This document shows positions 49,301 through 63,528 of a stretch of 64,000 bases of DNA, one piece after another. How positions within the stretch are numbered: the first letter of the stretch is position 1; the number at the start of each line of letters is the position of its first letter. The DNA is taken from assembly GCA_043228905.1 (NCBI GenBank), contig JBHGNT010000013.1, forward strand, positions 17,732,001 to 17,796,000, in the 5' to 3' direction. The notes below the pieces were generated by a model. It did no database searches. It saw nothing but the letters and a program-made list of their open reading frames with translations, and was not told the DNA's origin. The translations under genes were made by a program, and so were the position numbers. Origin of the DNA: Azolla caroliniana. Its lineage: Eukaryota > Plantae > Polypodiophyta.

Positions 49301-52279
49301 TTCTTTAGGAATATAAATGTTACTAAATATTTACAAATATAAAATATATTATCTAAATACTACCACCAAACCATCATTATCTTAGTGAAAATATCTCCAA
49401 AAACCCTCTTCTATGATATTGCCAACTAACTAACCCTAAATTTGGACCTTAAGTAGGTTGTGATATTGCCAACTAACCAACCCATGATCATGTTTATATA
49501 AATCCAACTTAGATTATGTGAGGAAGTAGGAGTGAATGACATGGATAAATACTTATCAAGATATGGATTAACTTACATGATCACATCATGTGATGAAGTA
49601 GACATTTACATATCATGTACTTTATCACTAATCCAATAACTCTTGTCAACACCATGGTCCATGACACGTACAACATGTGTGAAGGCTCAAATGTGAGTGT
49701 TTGGTTACCAATCCTCACACAAGCATTCAAGCATTTATTCCCTCCTAAACCTTCTTTTGGCAAAGTACCACATATTTTATAGATTAGGTTTCATACAGTA
49801 AGGCATTACTACACCCCTCAAAAGCCTACAATATGTACAACTTTAACACCGTTCCACATCTCATTGGTGCACCATGCTCCTCCTGGCTCCATATTTATTT
49901 CCTAACTTGCATCATGTTGTACCACATATGATTAACATTTCATCTCAAAATGAGTACTCTTGACATGCCAAAAGCATCATGTCATTGTCCACAATAATTT
50001 GATAGAACCAACTCAACTAATTGTCAAATCAAATCTCCCTTGTTCCCCTACCCTTCCCCTCTTTGTTTGTTCATGGGTATGTGTAAGAATGTAAAGAATC
50101 TCTAGGTTGCAAACACATCATATATCAATGTGTTGATAAAACATTGTCAATCTCTCTCTAGATTACCCGAAGAGGCTTCTCTCTCTATCTCTCCCAAGGA
50201 AAACCTCTTTGATACTTCGGTAACACAATTGCTTCTCAATGGGGTTGAAAGAGGTGATAACAAGTCCACTTGGAAATAGTGTGAGAAATTATTGAAGTGT
50301 TTTCTTCAGAAGTTTCTTCAAGTCAATCTAATATGCCACACATGCTCCTACTGACATCATCGCCATGGAAAGTGTTGTTGAATTCATGGTTAAGGTTTAA
50401 AAAAATGTAAATAAACTTAGAAACCTAATTGCATGCTAGCAAGACTTGAACCTTTTACCTTCAACTTATAAACGATTTCAACATTAGCATCACATGAACT
50501 TGTAGTTTTTCATCCTAGAAACTTGATCACATGAGAATAAAATTGGAAACCATGACCTTTAAACTTAGAGCCTATGTCTGATAGCTTAAAGACCTTGTCA
50601 CATCCGAGCAAGACTTGAAATTGGCAACCGTGAACATGGAAATATGGAAACATTCACAAAAACTATGACCTTCAACTCAAAAACATGGATACATTTTCCC
50701 AAACCTATGATCGTCAAGTAATAAAAAACGAGAAAACGAAACCATTACCCTTTGGCCCGTTCTCATAAACATATGGTTTTCAATCAGGAAACCAAACCAT
50801 ATCCTAACGCACCCGCGATACGTAGACGCAAGAAAACCTGGGTACATCTAGACAAGACATCGAGCACGTGGCCTATATCACTAGAAATGAATGACGGAAC
50901 ACATCCAAAACAAAGGTGTTTGGAATGGGTGATCATCGGTGTGAACGATTGAGAGCCACAACGAGAAGAAGGAAAAGAGAGGAGAGAGGAGAGTCTTGGG
51001 TGCAAAGTAAGGACGCATAAAGAAGTGGAAAAAAAGAGAGAAAGTAATAAAGAGAGAGAGAAATGTAGCTTCAAAGGCAAGGGGGGCATTTTTGTAAATA
51101 TAAATATGGTAAAGGGTATTTATCCCAATTACCATAATATGGATAAGAAAATATCTCCACATTATGTATTTTATAATTTCATTTAAATGCCCTCCTCTCT
51201 TATTATTTCTTTTAGCCCCCCCCCCCCCCCCCTAAGAGCTCTTGCTTTTTTATTTTGTATTTAAAACAAAAAACCCAAAAAATAAAACAAATAGAAACAA
51301 ATAAAAATGAAAACAAATGAACAAAAATGAAAAAAACATGGTGAAAAAAATGGAAAAAAAAATAAAAAAAGGGGGAAAATGGAAAAAAAAAAGCCCCAAT
51401 TATTTCTCCTCCCCTGTTTCCATTATCAATTCATCATCATCATTTTCCTGTTTTTCTTTCTTCTTCACTCTCTCTCTTGGCTCTGGCTATGGTTCTAAAT
51501 CACAGTCACACCAGCATGCCCTAACCCTAATTCGCGAGCTCTGTGTTTCTGCAAACCCTACCCCAGGTTTTTTATCCATAAATTTTCGTCCTCCGTCCAG
51601 GATTCCTTCACTTCTTCTTCTTTTTGCTCATACCTGTATACATAATTTCAATCCCTAGCCCTAATCCTCATGACCCTAACCTTAGTTTTCATCTCTAATT
51701 TTCCATCCTCTGTGTAGTGTTTCTTTCCTTTTCTAGGGTATATGTATATTAACAATTTCTAAATCCAGTTCCATCGCTGCCACTCTCCCAGTATAGGGTT
51801 ATATCTAGATTTATCCTCTGTTCAGCGTTTCCTACCGTTTTATTAGAGTATATATGCAAACCCTAACCCTAGTTTTCTTCTCTATTATCCACTGCTCAGG
51901 GTTTTCCTCCTTCTTCCGAAATTTAGAGCAATACATATAATGGTATGTAATGGAAACCCTAAACTTAAGAGTACAACTATCACTGCAAACCCCCTACTCG
52001 CAAAGATTTAAACCCTAAAATCAAAGATTAAAACTCAAACCATAAAACCCGAATCGAATTCTAATCTCAAAGTTTGAAACCCCCTAACCTCTCAAAGATT
52101 AGAACCCCCGCCCCCCCCCCCCCCCCCAAAAAAAAAAAAAACTTCATTTTCCACATAATCATAATGGATCAATCCTATGTCGACGAATCAGGGCTCCTCT
52201 GCAGAGTCTTCTAATTATAACACAACCAGGGATTCCATGGAATCAATGCAGCAGAAATTAACCCTATAATTTCTTAAGC

Positions 52280-53710
52280 ATGAAGGCAACTACCATGAGC
52301 ACTAGTACTGCTTGTAGCTCTCACCAATTTAATGCCAATACCCATGAGAGCAATACATGGGTCCTTTCGGCCCTCTCTCTGTGTCCGCGAAGAAGAAGAA
52401 GAAGTATACAGCCCGAGGCGAGCACTCTATCATTGGTTCCGGTAGAGAAAACCGAGGGGCTCCCGCGGAGGCCGCCTACCCAAGACAATGCGGAGACCGC
52501 ACCACCCGAATCCGCCATTCCAATTCGTGGTATTCCTTGTCCCGACCAAAGGAAACTCTTCGTGGAAGCCGAGCCGGACATAAATGTGACCAAGGGGAAC
52601 CACTCCGTCCGAGTCCGTGGCCAAGTCCGAACCCTCGATTTCACCCTAGGGCAGCTCCCCATGCCCCGCCATTGTCTTCACGATCCGACGAGTTTGTCGG
52701 CTATGAATGGATATCCTGCCGATATGCCTTGGATTTGTACATCCGATTCCATGGGATGTTGTGCTTCGTCCCCTCGTCGCACCATGCCTAGTTCCGATGG
52801 TGCTGGGAATTCAAGCTCTAGCCATTTCACACTCCATGTCGTGGATGAGGATCGACCGTTGGTCGGCTTGGCACCCCTGCACTTGGAGCCCGATACCTCG
52901 TCCGCAATGTCTGATACCATGTCGGATTCGGGTCAATGTTGGGATTCGGACATGGATTCGCATTCGCATTCAGATTTGGCAGACTTGGGTTCATCGATGG
53001 AGAACGATAATGTAGTGTCGTCCTCTATTATCGTCGATAACAAATATTCTTCCGAGAACATGGAAGTCCAAAGTAGCTACAAGGGACACCCGAACCCATC
53101 CAACCTTCTCGAGCTTTCTAGCTCTCTTGGCACATCTTCTTCTCCTCCTCCTCCAAGGTAAGCTTGAGAGGAATTCACAAGAATTTTAACATATTTTAAC
53201 ATCTTCAACTTAAAACCATTTAAACATATTTTATGATCTCATGAGAGGAATTCACAAGAAGTTTTTCACATATTTCCGCATGTGAAGAAGCTTACCACAT
53301 AATGCACACTATTTACTCACAAGATGGTTTAGACTTCTCTTTCTTCCATGTCTAAAAAGAGGTTTAATGATGTATGTATGTATGTGTTCCTTCACATTGT
53401 CAGGAAAATTGGGTTATCTCAGTTTTATGCTGGCAAATCACGCTCGTTTAGTTGCCTCGGGGATGTTGTCTCATTGGCTGATGTTGTGAAGCCGGAGAAC
53501 CCTTATGCGAAAAAACGCAAGTATAATAATGCGATATCAAGCTTCGACCGGACTTCTCAACTTCCTCCCTTACAGAAAGATGTTGCGACGGTATCGAAGA
53601 AGTCTCTTCTTATTAATGATGGAAAAGGGTGTCAAAGAGGTATAGTAGCATCGAGATCATACTCTTTTTCCGATTTACAAGGTGTAGGTACTCAATTCTC
53701 TCCTTGTTAG
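52280..53710 (+). CDS. OXS3: OXIDATIVE STRESS 3-like (OXS3/O3L, KID-motif) protein; join(52280..53157,53404..53710), ~394 aa
   Basis: EVQSSYKG...PPPR|KIGLSQFYAGKSRSFSCLGDV...KPENPYAKKRK and C-terminal RSYSFSDLQ; phase-2 GT-AG intron 53158..53403. The start codon is less certain. Confidence 0.85.
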
Positions 53711-53984
53711 AATCACATTGGCAATCACTTCAATCACTTCAAACACTTTTGGAGCTTACCAATTTGTAACCATGGTACATATAATGTATATACACTATAT
53801 ATGTAGTTTTTCCACTACTCTTGGTAATTAATACTATTATATTGCCTTTTTAATCTTAGTAACTTCATTATCCTTATCTCAAGCCTCTAAGAATTGTTTT
53901 GGTAGAGTAAGTGTGCACATCTAATAGAAAGTCACTCTCCATTTTATTAGTAATGTAAATAAACAAGACATTACATGCTAAAGT

Positions 53985-54360
53985 GCAAATGTGGAAGAAG
54001 CGTCACCTTTGTATGTCATATAATTTGAGGCTAGTTTAGACATCTTCGAGGAGTTTGAGCTGTGAGTTTTGTTGATTTTTTGGCCCATTCTTTTATCCCA
54101 CATTGGAAATGGTGGATTTGGGAGGTATAAATAAGCTCCTCTTCCGCTTAGTTTAGATCCCAATCTTGTATTCTTTTCTCCCACTTTCAATAGAGCATGC
54201 TACTTTGGAGGACGTAGGCTTAATTGGCTGAACTTCGTTAAATGGTATCATTCTGGTTTGTTTTTTTTCTTTTTACTCTATTTAATAGCTTTATTGTTTG
54301 TTATATTTAGTTAGTTATTTTGCTATAAATAACTAAGAATATTTTGATGCTTCGTCAACA
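53985..54360 (+). mobile_element. Possible solo-LTR remnant
   Basis: TATAAATA at about 54126, GGACGTAGGCTTAATTGGCTGAACTTCGTTAAAT (resembles a common plant LTR U5 motif) and an end in ..TCAACA; TSD not identified. Confidence 0.35.
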
Positions 54361-57075
54361 AGTTTGACCACACAATGGGTTTGATCTAGAATCGTTATGT
54401 AAGTTCGTCATATTTTTAGCTTCAAATCATGCAATACTTCGATACTTTGTCGCAAGATCAAGCACACTAACAATTTGCTCCTAAAGTTGTGTTTGCAAAT
54501 CACTTTCCATGTCCTAAGAGGATGAAAACAATACCATTGCCTTGAGAGACAATGTTAATTATGCAATTTAATGAGTATAATAGTGAGACCCAACCTAGGA
54601 TTATGGAGGAGAGGGAGTAGATTTTGGAAATTAAGAAGCTAGGAGGGGCGCAAGAGAAAGGAGTTAGGATATGAAGAAGGGGCCAATATTTGAGAACTAG
54701 GAAGAAGAAGAGGGACAATGAACTGGCAAAAAACTAATGCCCATTTGCATCAATAAAACATATACGTTGAAGATAGGCGGTGATTCTTATATATATGGCT
54801 ACCTTCCATTGTATTGTGTTTGTACCGAACTTAGGTAGTTTTGGTAGTTAAGTAATTATCATTTGTTAGATAGTTTGGGCGATACTTTTTATCCATAGAA
54901 ATGCCTTTGCATAGACAAGATGTTGACAATAGATGATGATTCTTGTATATGTATAATGGTGACCTTGTCAAGTAGGTTGTAGTTTTGGTAGTCAAGTAAT
55001 TATTGCTTTGGGATATTTTGGTAGATTCTTGAAGGTTTTCATGTAAACCCTTTTCAGGAAGATGTCATGAAGTGCCAAATATTAGAACCATGGCTTTTTA
55101 CAATGAGTAATTGCATAATTCGATGTTAATTTTCACACATGTAATACAATATTAAGTGGAACCTTTGTAACACTAGAGAGGGGAAGAAAGTACATACTTC
55201 AAATTGACATTTGAAATATATATCCTTTACCAAAGATACAACGCATGTTCCATTAATAGAAAATGATGAAGAAATTTACCAAAGTTTTTAAAATCAGAGC
55301 AAGTTTGAATATTTGGAAGGTTTTCTATTTAAAAAAAAGACCTTAAAAGAATGGTGGTATTATTCTATGGTAACATTTGGTTACACTGAGATGGTTTTTC
55401 ATGTGATTTTTGAGCATTATAGGACAAAATTGTGGGTTTCCATGTAATGTTGTGATTGCAAAATGTGCCCCTCTAAATCCTCCTAGTTTGTTCTACTTCC
55501 GTATCCTTTCCTAGTTATGTTGGTGCATAAATTTCATTCTAGTTTGTCCAATGTACCCACGAATGAGCATAAACCATTGACTTTCACCAAAATTTCATCT
55601 CAATATATAAAACATTCTTGTTCTCAGAAGGACAATCAATTTGTTCAACATTCTATGCAACCAAACCTTGGTTTATTTCACATTTAGATATGCATAGAAA
55701 TTCAAATAAATATTGTGCTTTCCTTTCCCTAATCCATCATTTTTTCTAGCATTCTTTGTTCAGATTCTAATCAAGATCAACATATTAAGAGATCATTAAC
55801 ACTTTAATGAAAAAAAGTCTCTTATGAAAAGCAATCATTATTAGCCATAAACATAAAACAAATCATATCTACATTATGACAAGGTTCAAATAATTAGTAA
55901 TTAGGAACCAATACTTGGACATGAATTGTCCCTAATAGGTGGTTGACAAGTTAGACAATGGGAATGACTTAATGAAAATAGATTTGCCCTCAAGGAACAA
56001 TAGATTGACATAGGGCCAACATTGTTTAAAGACGTATGCCTATTTAACATTTGGGTATGTATAATACCTCATCAATATGAGTGTACACTAAGTTATGTTG
56101 CAAATTACTCGTTTTTTGTTACATTTCATACTCTATGTATTCATGTGAAAAATATGTGGAATGTCCTTAACATAAGAAACTCTCAATGTCGCAAATGTAC
56201 TTATTACAATTTGAAATTATTAGAAAATCCTCATAAGCAAATTCATGTCTCCTTTCTTTTTTCATTGGATCATGGTTGATGGTTATACTATGCACAGTTA
56301 TCCCCAAAAACAAATATAGACTTCAAGATTTAAGAGAAACTAGAACAAAGAGTTAAACATGAAGCTTAAGAGGTGGGTGTATTTTTGTTTGTAGCTTCAA
56401 AGGATGGTAGTTTGGTTCAATATCAAATGTCATCGACATATTACACTTTCTTTTTAATTTCCAAATGTTGTAATATTGGTTTAAATTTGCTACATTGAAC
56501 GAATCCTACATGGAGTGTTAAGCTTTCTTAACTCAAAGTCAAATAAAACATAGTATGACCTAATGTTTAGCATTGTAAACCCATTCTAATTGCAAATCTT
56601 TATAACTTCTAACTTTGTATTAGAAAATGGAATCGAATTTTAATATGTAATTTGGATCTAGCTTTTATTTAAGAAAACATACAAAAAATACCATATTAGA
56701 AGGAACTCAGATATTTCAAGTACTGATATTATTACTAAGGAATTCAGTTAACGTGCATATGTGAGTTCTCTGAAAAATAGAATGGGTAATACGAAGATAC
56801 AGAAATTACAAGTTGGTCATCAAGATCATGCTTGAAAGGATTGTGTACAAATTATCTATACCAATACAACCAAATGAGATTAGTATAATAGACGCCTAGG
56901 CTTTTGCGTTAAGTGATAGTTCCAAAAATAATGTTTCTTAATTCATTTCATACTCTTAATTTCATGCGAAACACATCCCAAAATAAAAGCTCCAGGATGC
57001 ATATAGCAAGATTGCAACATGACTTCACACAACACAACTGACAGTTGTTACGAGACAACTCATCATTTAATATTT

Positions 57076-60000
57076 TTACAAGTATCTAATCAGAGCATAT
57101 ATGGCCAATACAAGGAGGACGATCACAAACACCATCAATAGGAGCCCTAGTATCGAGCATCCGCTACCTGTCTTTTTACTAATGACACCTAACCTCTTTT
57201 GCACAGCCTGTAGTCAAATTGCAATGTATTAATTTTGAATTGGAAGGAAAAGATTGCAAATTGCAGCAAACATACAGTAAATCTGTCCATCTATCAATAT
57301 TATATATACCTTCAATCGAGAATTTGTTGTGTCCGCATCCTTGTCCAAGGTATCCTTGACTCACAAAGATAGCATACGTTACGTGATAATTACTATGTGA
57401 ATTTAGTCAGATAGCATGTTATTATATAGATATGTTATTTGATTAACAAGATACCATTGACTCTGATTTGATTCGAAAGTATTGGCATACTGTTAATGCA
57501 ATTTGATTAAAAAAATATAGGAATGCTATTGATGTGCTTCGATTCATAAACATACATTATTGAGCTGACTTGATTAAAAAGATCACATATTCTGATATAG
57601 AAATATCACATAATTATTATGTCAAAGAGATGGTGCATCATTATGTGATTGGTTAAAATATGAAACACACACACATGCATATATATAGAGAGATATCCTC
57701 AACAACCTACCAACAGTTTCGTGTGCAAGTCTAGCTCTTCATTCACGGCCAGCGCGATATGTTTTGTGCTTGTTACAGTTTCTTCTAGCTTTGCAAGGTC
57801 CTCATCCTGCTCTGTCAGATGGCACATAATAATGGAATATGAGGAAAAATATAAATTAGGTTAGATGGCATAGAGTGCCGGTTGCATAAAGAAAATGATG
57901 TTTTAGTCCAATAGAATATATACGAAAAATAACATTAATTCTGTAAAAAGGAAATCCCAAAAATGATAACATAAAAGGGTGCATACCACGCATGATCTGT
58001 CGTTGAAGCCCAACAATACCCGTGTTGTCAAGTCCAGATGTTCGGTTATTCTCTGTTGGCTCTACTTTCCCATCCTGACCAAGGAGATTGCTCCTGTTAT
58101 AGACAACATAAATAATCCCTGTTAAAGGTGTTGGCCTAGTAGCTCTTCCCTCTAAGCAAATAGTCAAATCCTGACCCCAGCCTTGGTTGCCACTAAAAAG
58201 GCAATTAACACTCCCATTACGTGAAAAAAAGAAGAGAAGCTTAAGAAAGAAAACAAAAAGTGATATAGTAACAAAAGGTTTCACAGTAGCATAGATAACA
58301 TATTGACGGAAAACGATTTCCATACTTTTCTTTCTAGAAAAAAGTCGTCATGCAGAGAGTATAATGATGAGATCTTGTTAAGGCACCTAGGCTACCAACT
58401 CTTTAAAATTTTAACCTGATCAGACTGTGTATTATAAATCTTCAGAATTTTGCAAATAGAAAATTGCAAAAAATGCACGTGTATTATACTATACATATAT
58501 ATAATAGGATATATACATACAATACATATTAATATATGTATATGCATTAACTAGAACATGTCAAAAGAGTAAAAATCACTAAGAGGAGGTCAGTAACCAG
58601 AAAATGACAGATAAATGAAAGAGATTTACCCAAATATTTAAACCTGACCTATTTCCTTGATACATCTGATTTCATTAAGAATACTTTAATTTAGCTGTAT
58701 ACGGGGGGACAAAGAGGAAAATATCCAAAATTATATTCCTACATTATTTATTTTCAACAATGTTAGATAGATTATACACCTAAAGACCTCATGGATCATT
58801 TCCTTCTAAAGCGTAGGGAATTTAAAAAGAAATAAAGAAAGACTCTGCATCCGACAATCTACTGAGACTAAAAGATAGCATATATCACAATCTGAATGTT
58901 TGCAAAAGCTTTACAAGTTTTGCAAGAAAATCACTGTGGTGAAAGTAAACAGATTTATAAGGATCCATCATGTTGATTTTCACTGTATTTTCTGTCTTAA
59001 TGTCATTAAGAAATGCCATGCCATCTTATATTTGTGCATTGAGGGTGTCTGAAGATTAAGGTTGATGTGATCAAAACCGTCATATAACTTATCAATGGAA
59101 ATATCCTAGTGAGAATATTCTAGAACAAAGAGAATCACACCATATTTGGAGTAGTGTAAAAGTTATGACCTTTCCTCCAGAAAGCAACCAAAAAGTTCAC
59201 AGTGATAGCCACTTTCCTATTGACTAAAAGAGAATCTTTTGGGAATATTCCAAATGTTTAGAAGCGAAAAGTTTTAGAGCCAAATTTGACCTAATGAACA
59301 CTTTGAATGAAAGAAATATATTATATAAGGAGGATTGCACCTGTTTGAAGCTTGAGAAGAATCAAGACTGACAGTTAATTGGTTCATCTTAGTACGCAGA
59401 CTTTGCACCATTTCTTGTCGCTTATTAAGCTCTTTTTCATTTCTGCAATCATTGTGGCATATTAAAATTACTAATTTTCAAAGATCCATGACGACAAAAT
59501 AAATTGTTATTTGTATCTATCTACATATATGCATCCTAGTACAAGAGTCTAAAAGTTGATGATATAGTGGACAAACATTAGAACTCATCAAGCTCTTCTT
59601 TATAGTGGCTGGCAGGTATGCTAATGTGAACTCTATTTTCTAGTTGAAATCATAATATAACAAATTCATATGGGTGCACAACAGAAGTATTACCACCCTG
59701 GCACACTCAAAACAAAAACACAATGCTAAGCCAAAGTTACAGAATCATATTTCAAGTAGAATTGATGCAAAATTTTATTTGGAATTCAAATTTTAAATAT
59801 AGAGCTTAAAGCAATACAACTAAAATACAACCCTAGATTACTTTCTCTCGTTCGCCTAGAATGGTCATAACTCTTATTTGTCTCTCTTTTATACATCTCT
59901 ATGTTTGTTTTAGTGTCCATATACTATGGCAGTCTTCAGTTCCATATCTATTCTCCTTTTATCTCCCATTACGTCCAGACTCCATAATCCTTCTCTGAGA

Positions 60001-61269
60001 TTATTGAATAGAGAATATCATCCTTCTCTGAAAGTTTGGTCTTCGGTACCAGTAAGACAATGTACATCATAAATGCGAGTGCATATAATTAGAATGAGAT
60101 GATATCATTGATTAATTGCCCATAGATCTTGACTAGAGAATTAGCTTAGAAACATATTTTAATGAGCTTACATGTATCACAAACCATCAAGAGAAACAAA
60201 ATTATCAGAAATAGAAAAAGGATCCAAAAAAGTCAAAGATAAACCAACTGATACCTAGAAATAAATCAGTATTTAAATTTTAATACCATTTAAAATTTTC
60301 TTTGAGAGCACAGATTTCCTTCTGTTTTAAAGCAGAGAGCAAAATCAACTATGATTTAACAACGCCTCATTTAAATGAGATAAATTTAACACCAAAAAAA
60401 TCAACCAATTTTACTACCAAAAACTTACCACAAAACTGTTTTCAACCCGTTCCTAATTTAAACTTTCCAAATTTGAGTAAAAATGCCAGTTTTCAGATGA
60501 AGAATCAAATCCATCTGTTTCAGTATTTTCTTCCTTTAACTTTTCTGTTGATGTTTTGTTTTGATCAAGTAAAATAATCATGCTCTTTTAGTTTTCTTAA
60601 TATAGAATTTGATCATTTACTTCTAGCATTTCCTTCACTTAATTTTCTTGCTGATCGATCAATACTTACTATCACTTGAAGAGAACAAAAATTGGTTGTG
60701 TTTATTGAATCAAGAATTATATGAATATTGTTAACATGTCCTTCATTTACTCTTTCCTATTTGAGAATCCCTCCCATTCTTCTGCTTTCCTTCAGTACAT
60801 ATTCAAAATATACAGAAAGAAAAACGGAAAAAAATAAAATAAAGTCATTCAAACTTAGCATTACCATGAATGATGACTTTCATTCTTCACTTACTTCAAA
60901 AAATTGCAAATAAAATGAAAATCAAAGATAAATCGAAAAACAAAGACTTTTTTCTCAACCATATGTGCTTGTTTGAGCAATTGAACCTCGCTTTGCTGGA
61001 GAGACAGAGAGAGGAAGGGGAAGGGGTACGACTTACAGAGACTTAGTTAGAGAAGGGTTACTTAGGAGAGATTGGAGGCTATCCAGGCGAGTTCCGAGCA
61101 TCGTGATCTTCCTCCTGATCGCAGAGAAGACGTTGTCAGAGGTGAGCGATCCGACGTTGCTTCCGCTGCTCTTTTGGGATGAGTTCCTCTCCGAGATACG
61201 GGAGATCACGTCCTCCGCGATCCTCAATGCATCCTCGAAATCTCGCATCCATGGATCGTTCTGTGCCAT
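57076..61269 (-). CDS. SYP51: Syntaxin SYP5 family (Qc-SNARE, SYP51/52-like), 239 aa; complement(join(57076..57207,57310..57354,57711..57811,57987..58093,59341..59442,61037..61269))
   Basis: DPWMRDF..SAIRRKITMLGTRLDSLQSLL; EKELNKRQEM; LDNTGIVGLQRQIMREQDEDLAKLEETVTSTKHIALAVNEELDLHTKLL; C-terminal TM helix. Five GT-AG introns in phase, 720 nt. Confidence 0.95.
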
Positions 61270-61416
61270 CGCACCGCCCGCCCCCAGAAGAAACAGACGC
61301 AGAAGAATATGGCAGAAGAAGAAAGCAGAAGAAGGAAATAGAAGAGATGCAGCAATTTGGTTTCACACATGTCCCACGCACATTGTCCGGATTGTCCGGA
61401 CAAAGTCAATACATGC

Positions 61417-61417
<1 letters not shown>

Positions 61418-61447
<30 letters not shown>

Positions 61448-62450
61448 TGTATGTATGTATGTATACCATGTGTACCCACCCCATGGATGCCTCTCCATCC
61501 ATTGCACTCGGGAACTCCTCGAATTGGTCAGACAAACACAAAATGCAAGTGCCCAAGAGATAATAACATTGATGATATATCTTAACACTACTTATGGTCA
61601 TGCTCAAGCTCATGGGTGGACTATGGACAGATCAAGGATACGTATAGGGACATGGACGACATAGAGCAACGACAAGGACAAGGGTGTGAGCCAGCATGAC
61701 GAACCCATGGGACCAATGATCATTATGTAAGACTCCCTCCCAATCGTATAGGTGGTTAGCGATTTCAAAGTGGTGGAACCTACAAGGAAACAAAAAGAGC
61801 GAGAAGAGTAGATGAATACAAAGCATTTGGATAGTCATTGTGTATGGTTCTCTACTTGTTAGAATTAGAATTTTTATCGTCCATAAAGAGGCCAGTTTTG
61901 ACCTATGGGACAAGAGTATACATGTGTTCTTGATATGTGTCTCCTTCCTAAAAGGGGTATTCATACATTGAAGCACAAAGTCTCTATGCGTGAATAAGGC
62001 ATACACATATGAGCTCACTCAATCTTCTAGGTGGTGTCTTAAGCATACACTTAAGTTATCACTCCCTCTTAATATGTCGTCATATCTTGAATGAATTGCA
62101 CTATATGTCGAGCATGTGAAGAGCAAATGGCATTCATCCTCTACCATGCCTTCATTACATACTTCACATGCTCTCAATTTCGTTACATTTTGATACAACT
62201 TCAATACCTAACTTGTGAGATTGAATGCGAAGTAGTGTGAGGGCTCTACGAGCGTTACTACTCATATTGGTAATGTGATAAGGTTGGATATGATAAATAG
62301 GCATTCCTGCTTTATATTCAGACTAGGAACCAAATACGATCTATTGGATGGACTCGAGAGGTCCCTCCTATTTATCCTCTCTAAAAAAGTAACTTGATTA
62401 GAGTACGTTCTTCCTCCCAAACGTATAGTTGCTCACATTGCTTATCATCT
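61418..62450 (-). mobile_element. 5'-truncated RTE-X-like LINE with (CATA)n tail
   Basis: Minus-strand RRALTLLRIQSHKLGIE and RACEVCNEGMVEDECHLLFTCSTY; (TATG)n at 61418-61464 marks the 3' end. Confidence 0.75.
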
Positions 62451-63528
62451 TAAGACAGAGTATATTCTTAATGAAACAACTTTCTCTTGATCACATGGAT
62501 ATTGACGATTATGTTGGATACGACCAAAGAAAACAATACATCACCCATCACACAACCCTCCTGCCCTAAAAAATGTTTATGTGCAAACCAATGGCATTGC
62601 CATGGTTTATTATTAGCATCACAATTATTTTCAACCATTTGGTTGGTGTAGAACATGCGACACATCTTTTTAAAATTACTCTATGAGTGCGCATGATCTC
62701 TTGAAATTAAAAATATCGAGAATTTTAAAGTGGGTTAAGTTCTTCAGTATGGCATTTGACTATGCTATATTATCATGTTCACTCGAGGTGCTATGAAAAA
62801 TAATTCAATATCAACTTGGTGCTTCTCCATTATTTGGGAACTAGGTTGTTCGTGTGCATGACGTCAAACTAAAGTTACCCGAGGATTCTCGTCATGAATC
62901 AACATGAAACCTATTGCCCAACCCTTACGTGTTGTGGATGCTCACATGGCCCACATTCAATTTCTTATTATGTGTAGGCACTTGTGATTAGCCTATCTCA
63001 TTGTAAAAGGCTTGATGTAAATCATAGTATGAACCATACGTACCATTGTAAAAGGCTTGCAATAATTCGCGTAAGAAAAACACCCTCAAAGAATGATAAA
63101 TACCATACTTTTGGATTAACTATTTATTATGAGGTAAATAAGCCTAAAAAATAAAAAAAAACAAAAAAAACATTAAAAAAATGGGGGAAAAAAACACAAG
63201 ATTGTTTGAATAACATTCGCATTCGTTTTCCAACGTAGGAAAATGAATGTTATGCTAGACGAACACAAATTTTACGTACTATGATGTAAATAATTAAGAT
63301 TTAGATAAGGGAAAGAAAATAAATTGGACTCGCCTACCTAAGCAAAGTCTAACATGTGTCATGTACCAATAGAAGAGTACTTGCAAGAATGATAAAAAAC
63401 AATTTGGAGATATATTTATTTCCAAAGGTAAATGTAAATGGCAAGAGTATTGTATATCATTGTTTTGCGTGTTTTATCAAGTCTAGTTGAATCTATAAAC
63501 ATCATTATTGAAATGTATACTTGACGAG

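Noticed and set aside
50300-51135. Possible Mutator-like terminus
   Set aside because: No partner TIR or TSD found in the window.
61103-61664. Several 60-160 aa ORFs
   Set aside because: Antisense or alternative frames of SYP5 exon 1 plus translation of (TATG)n.
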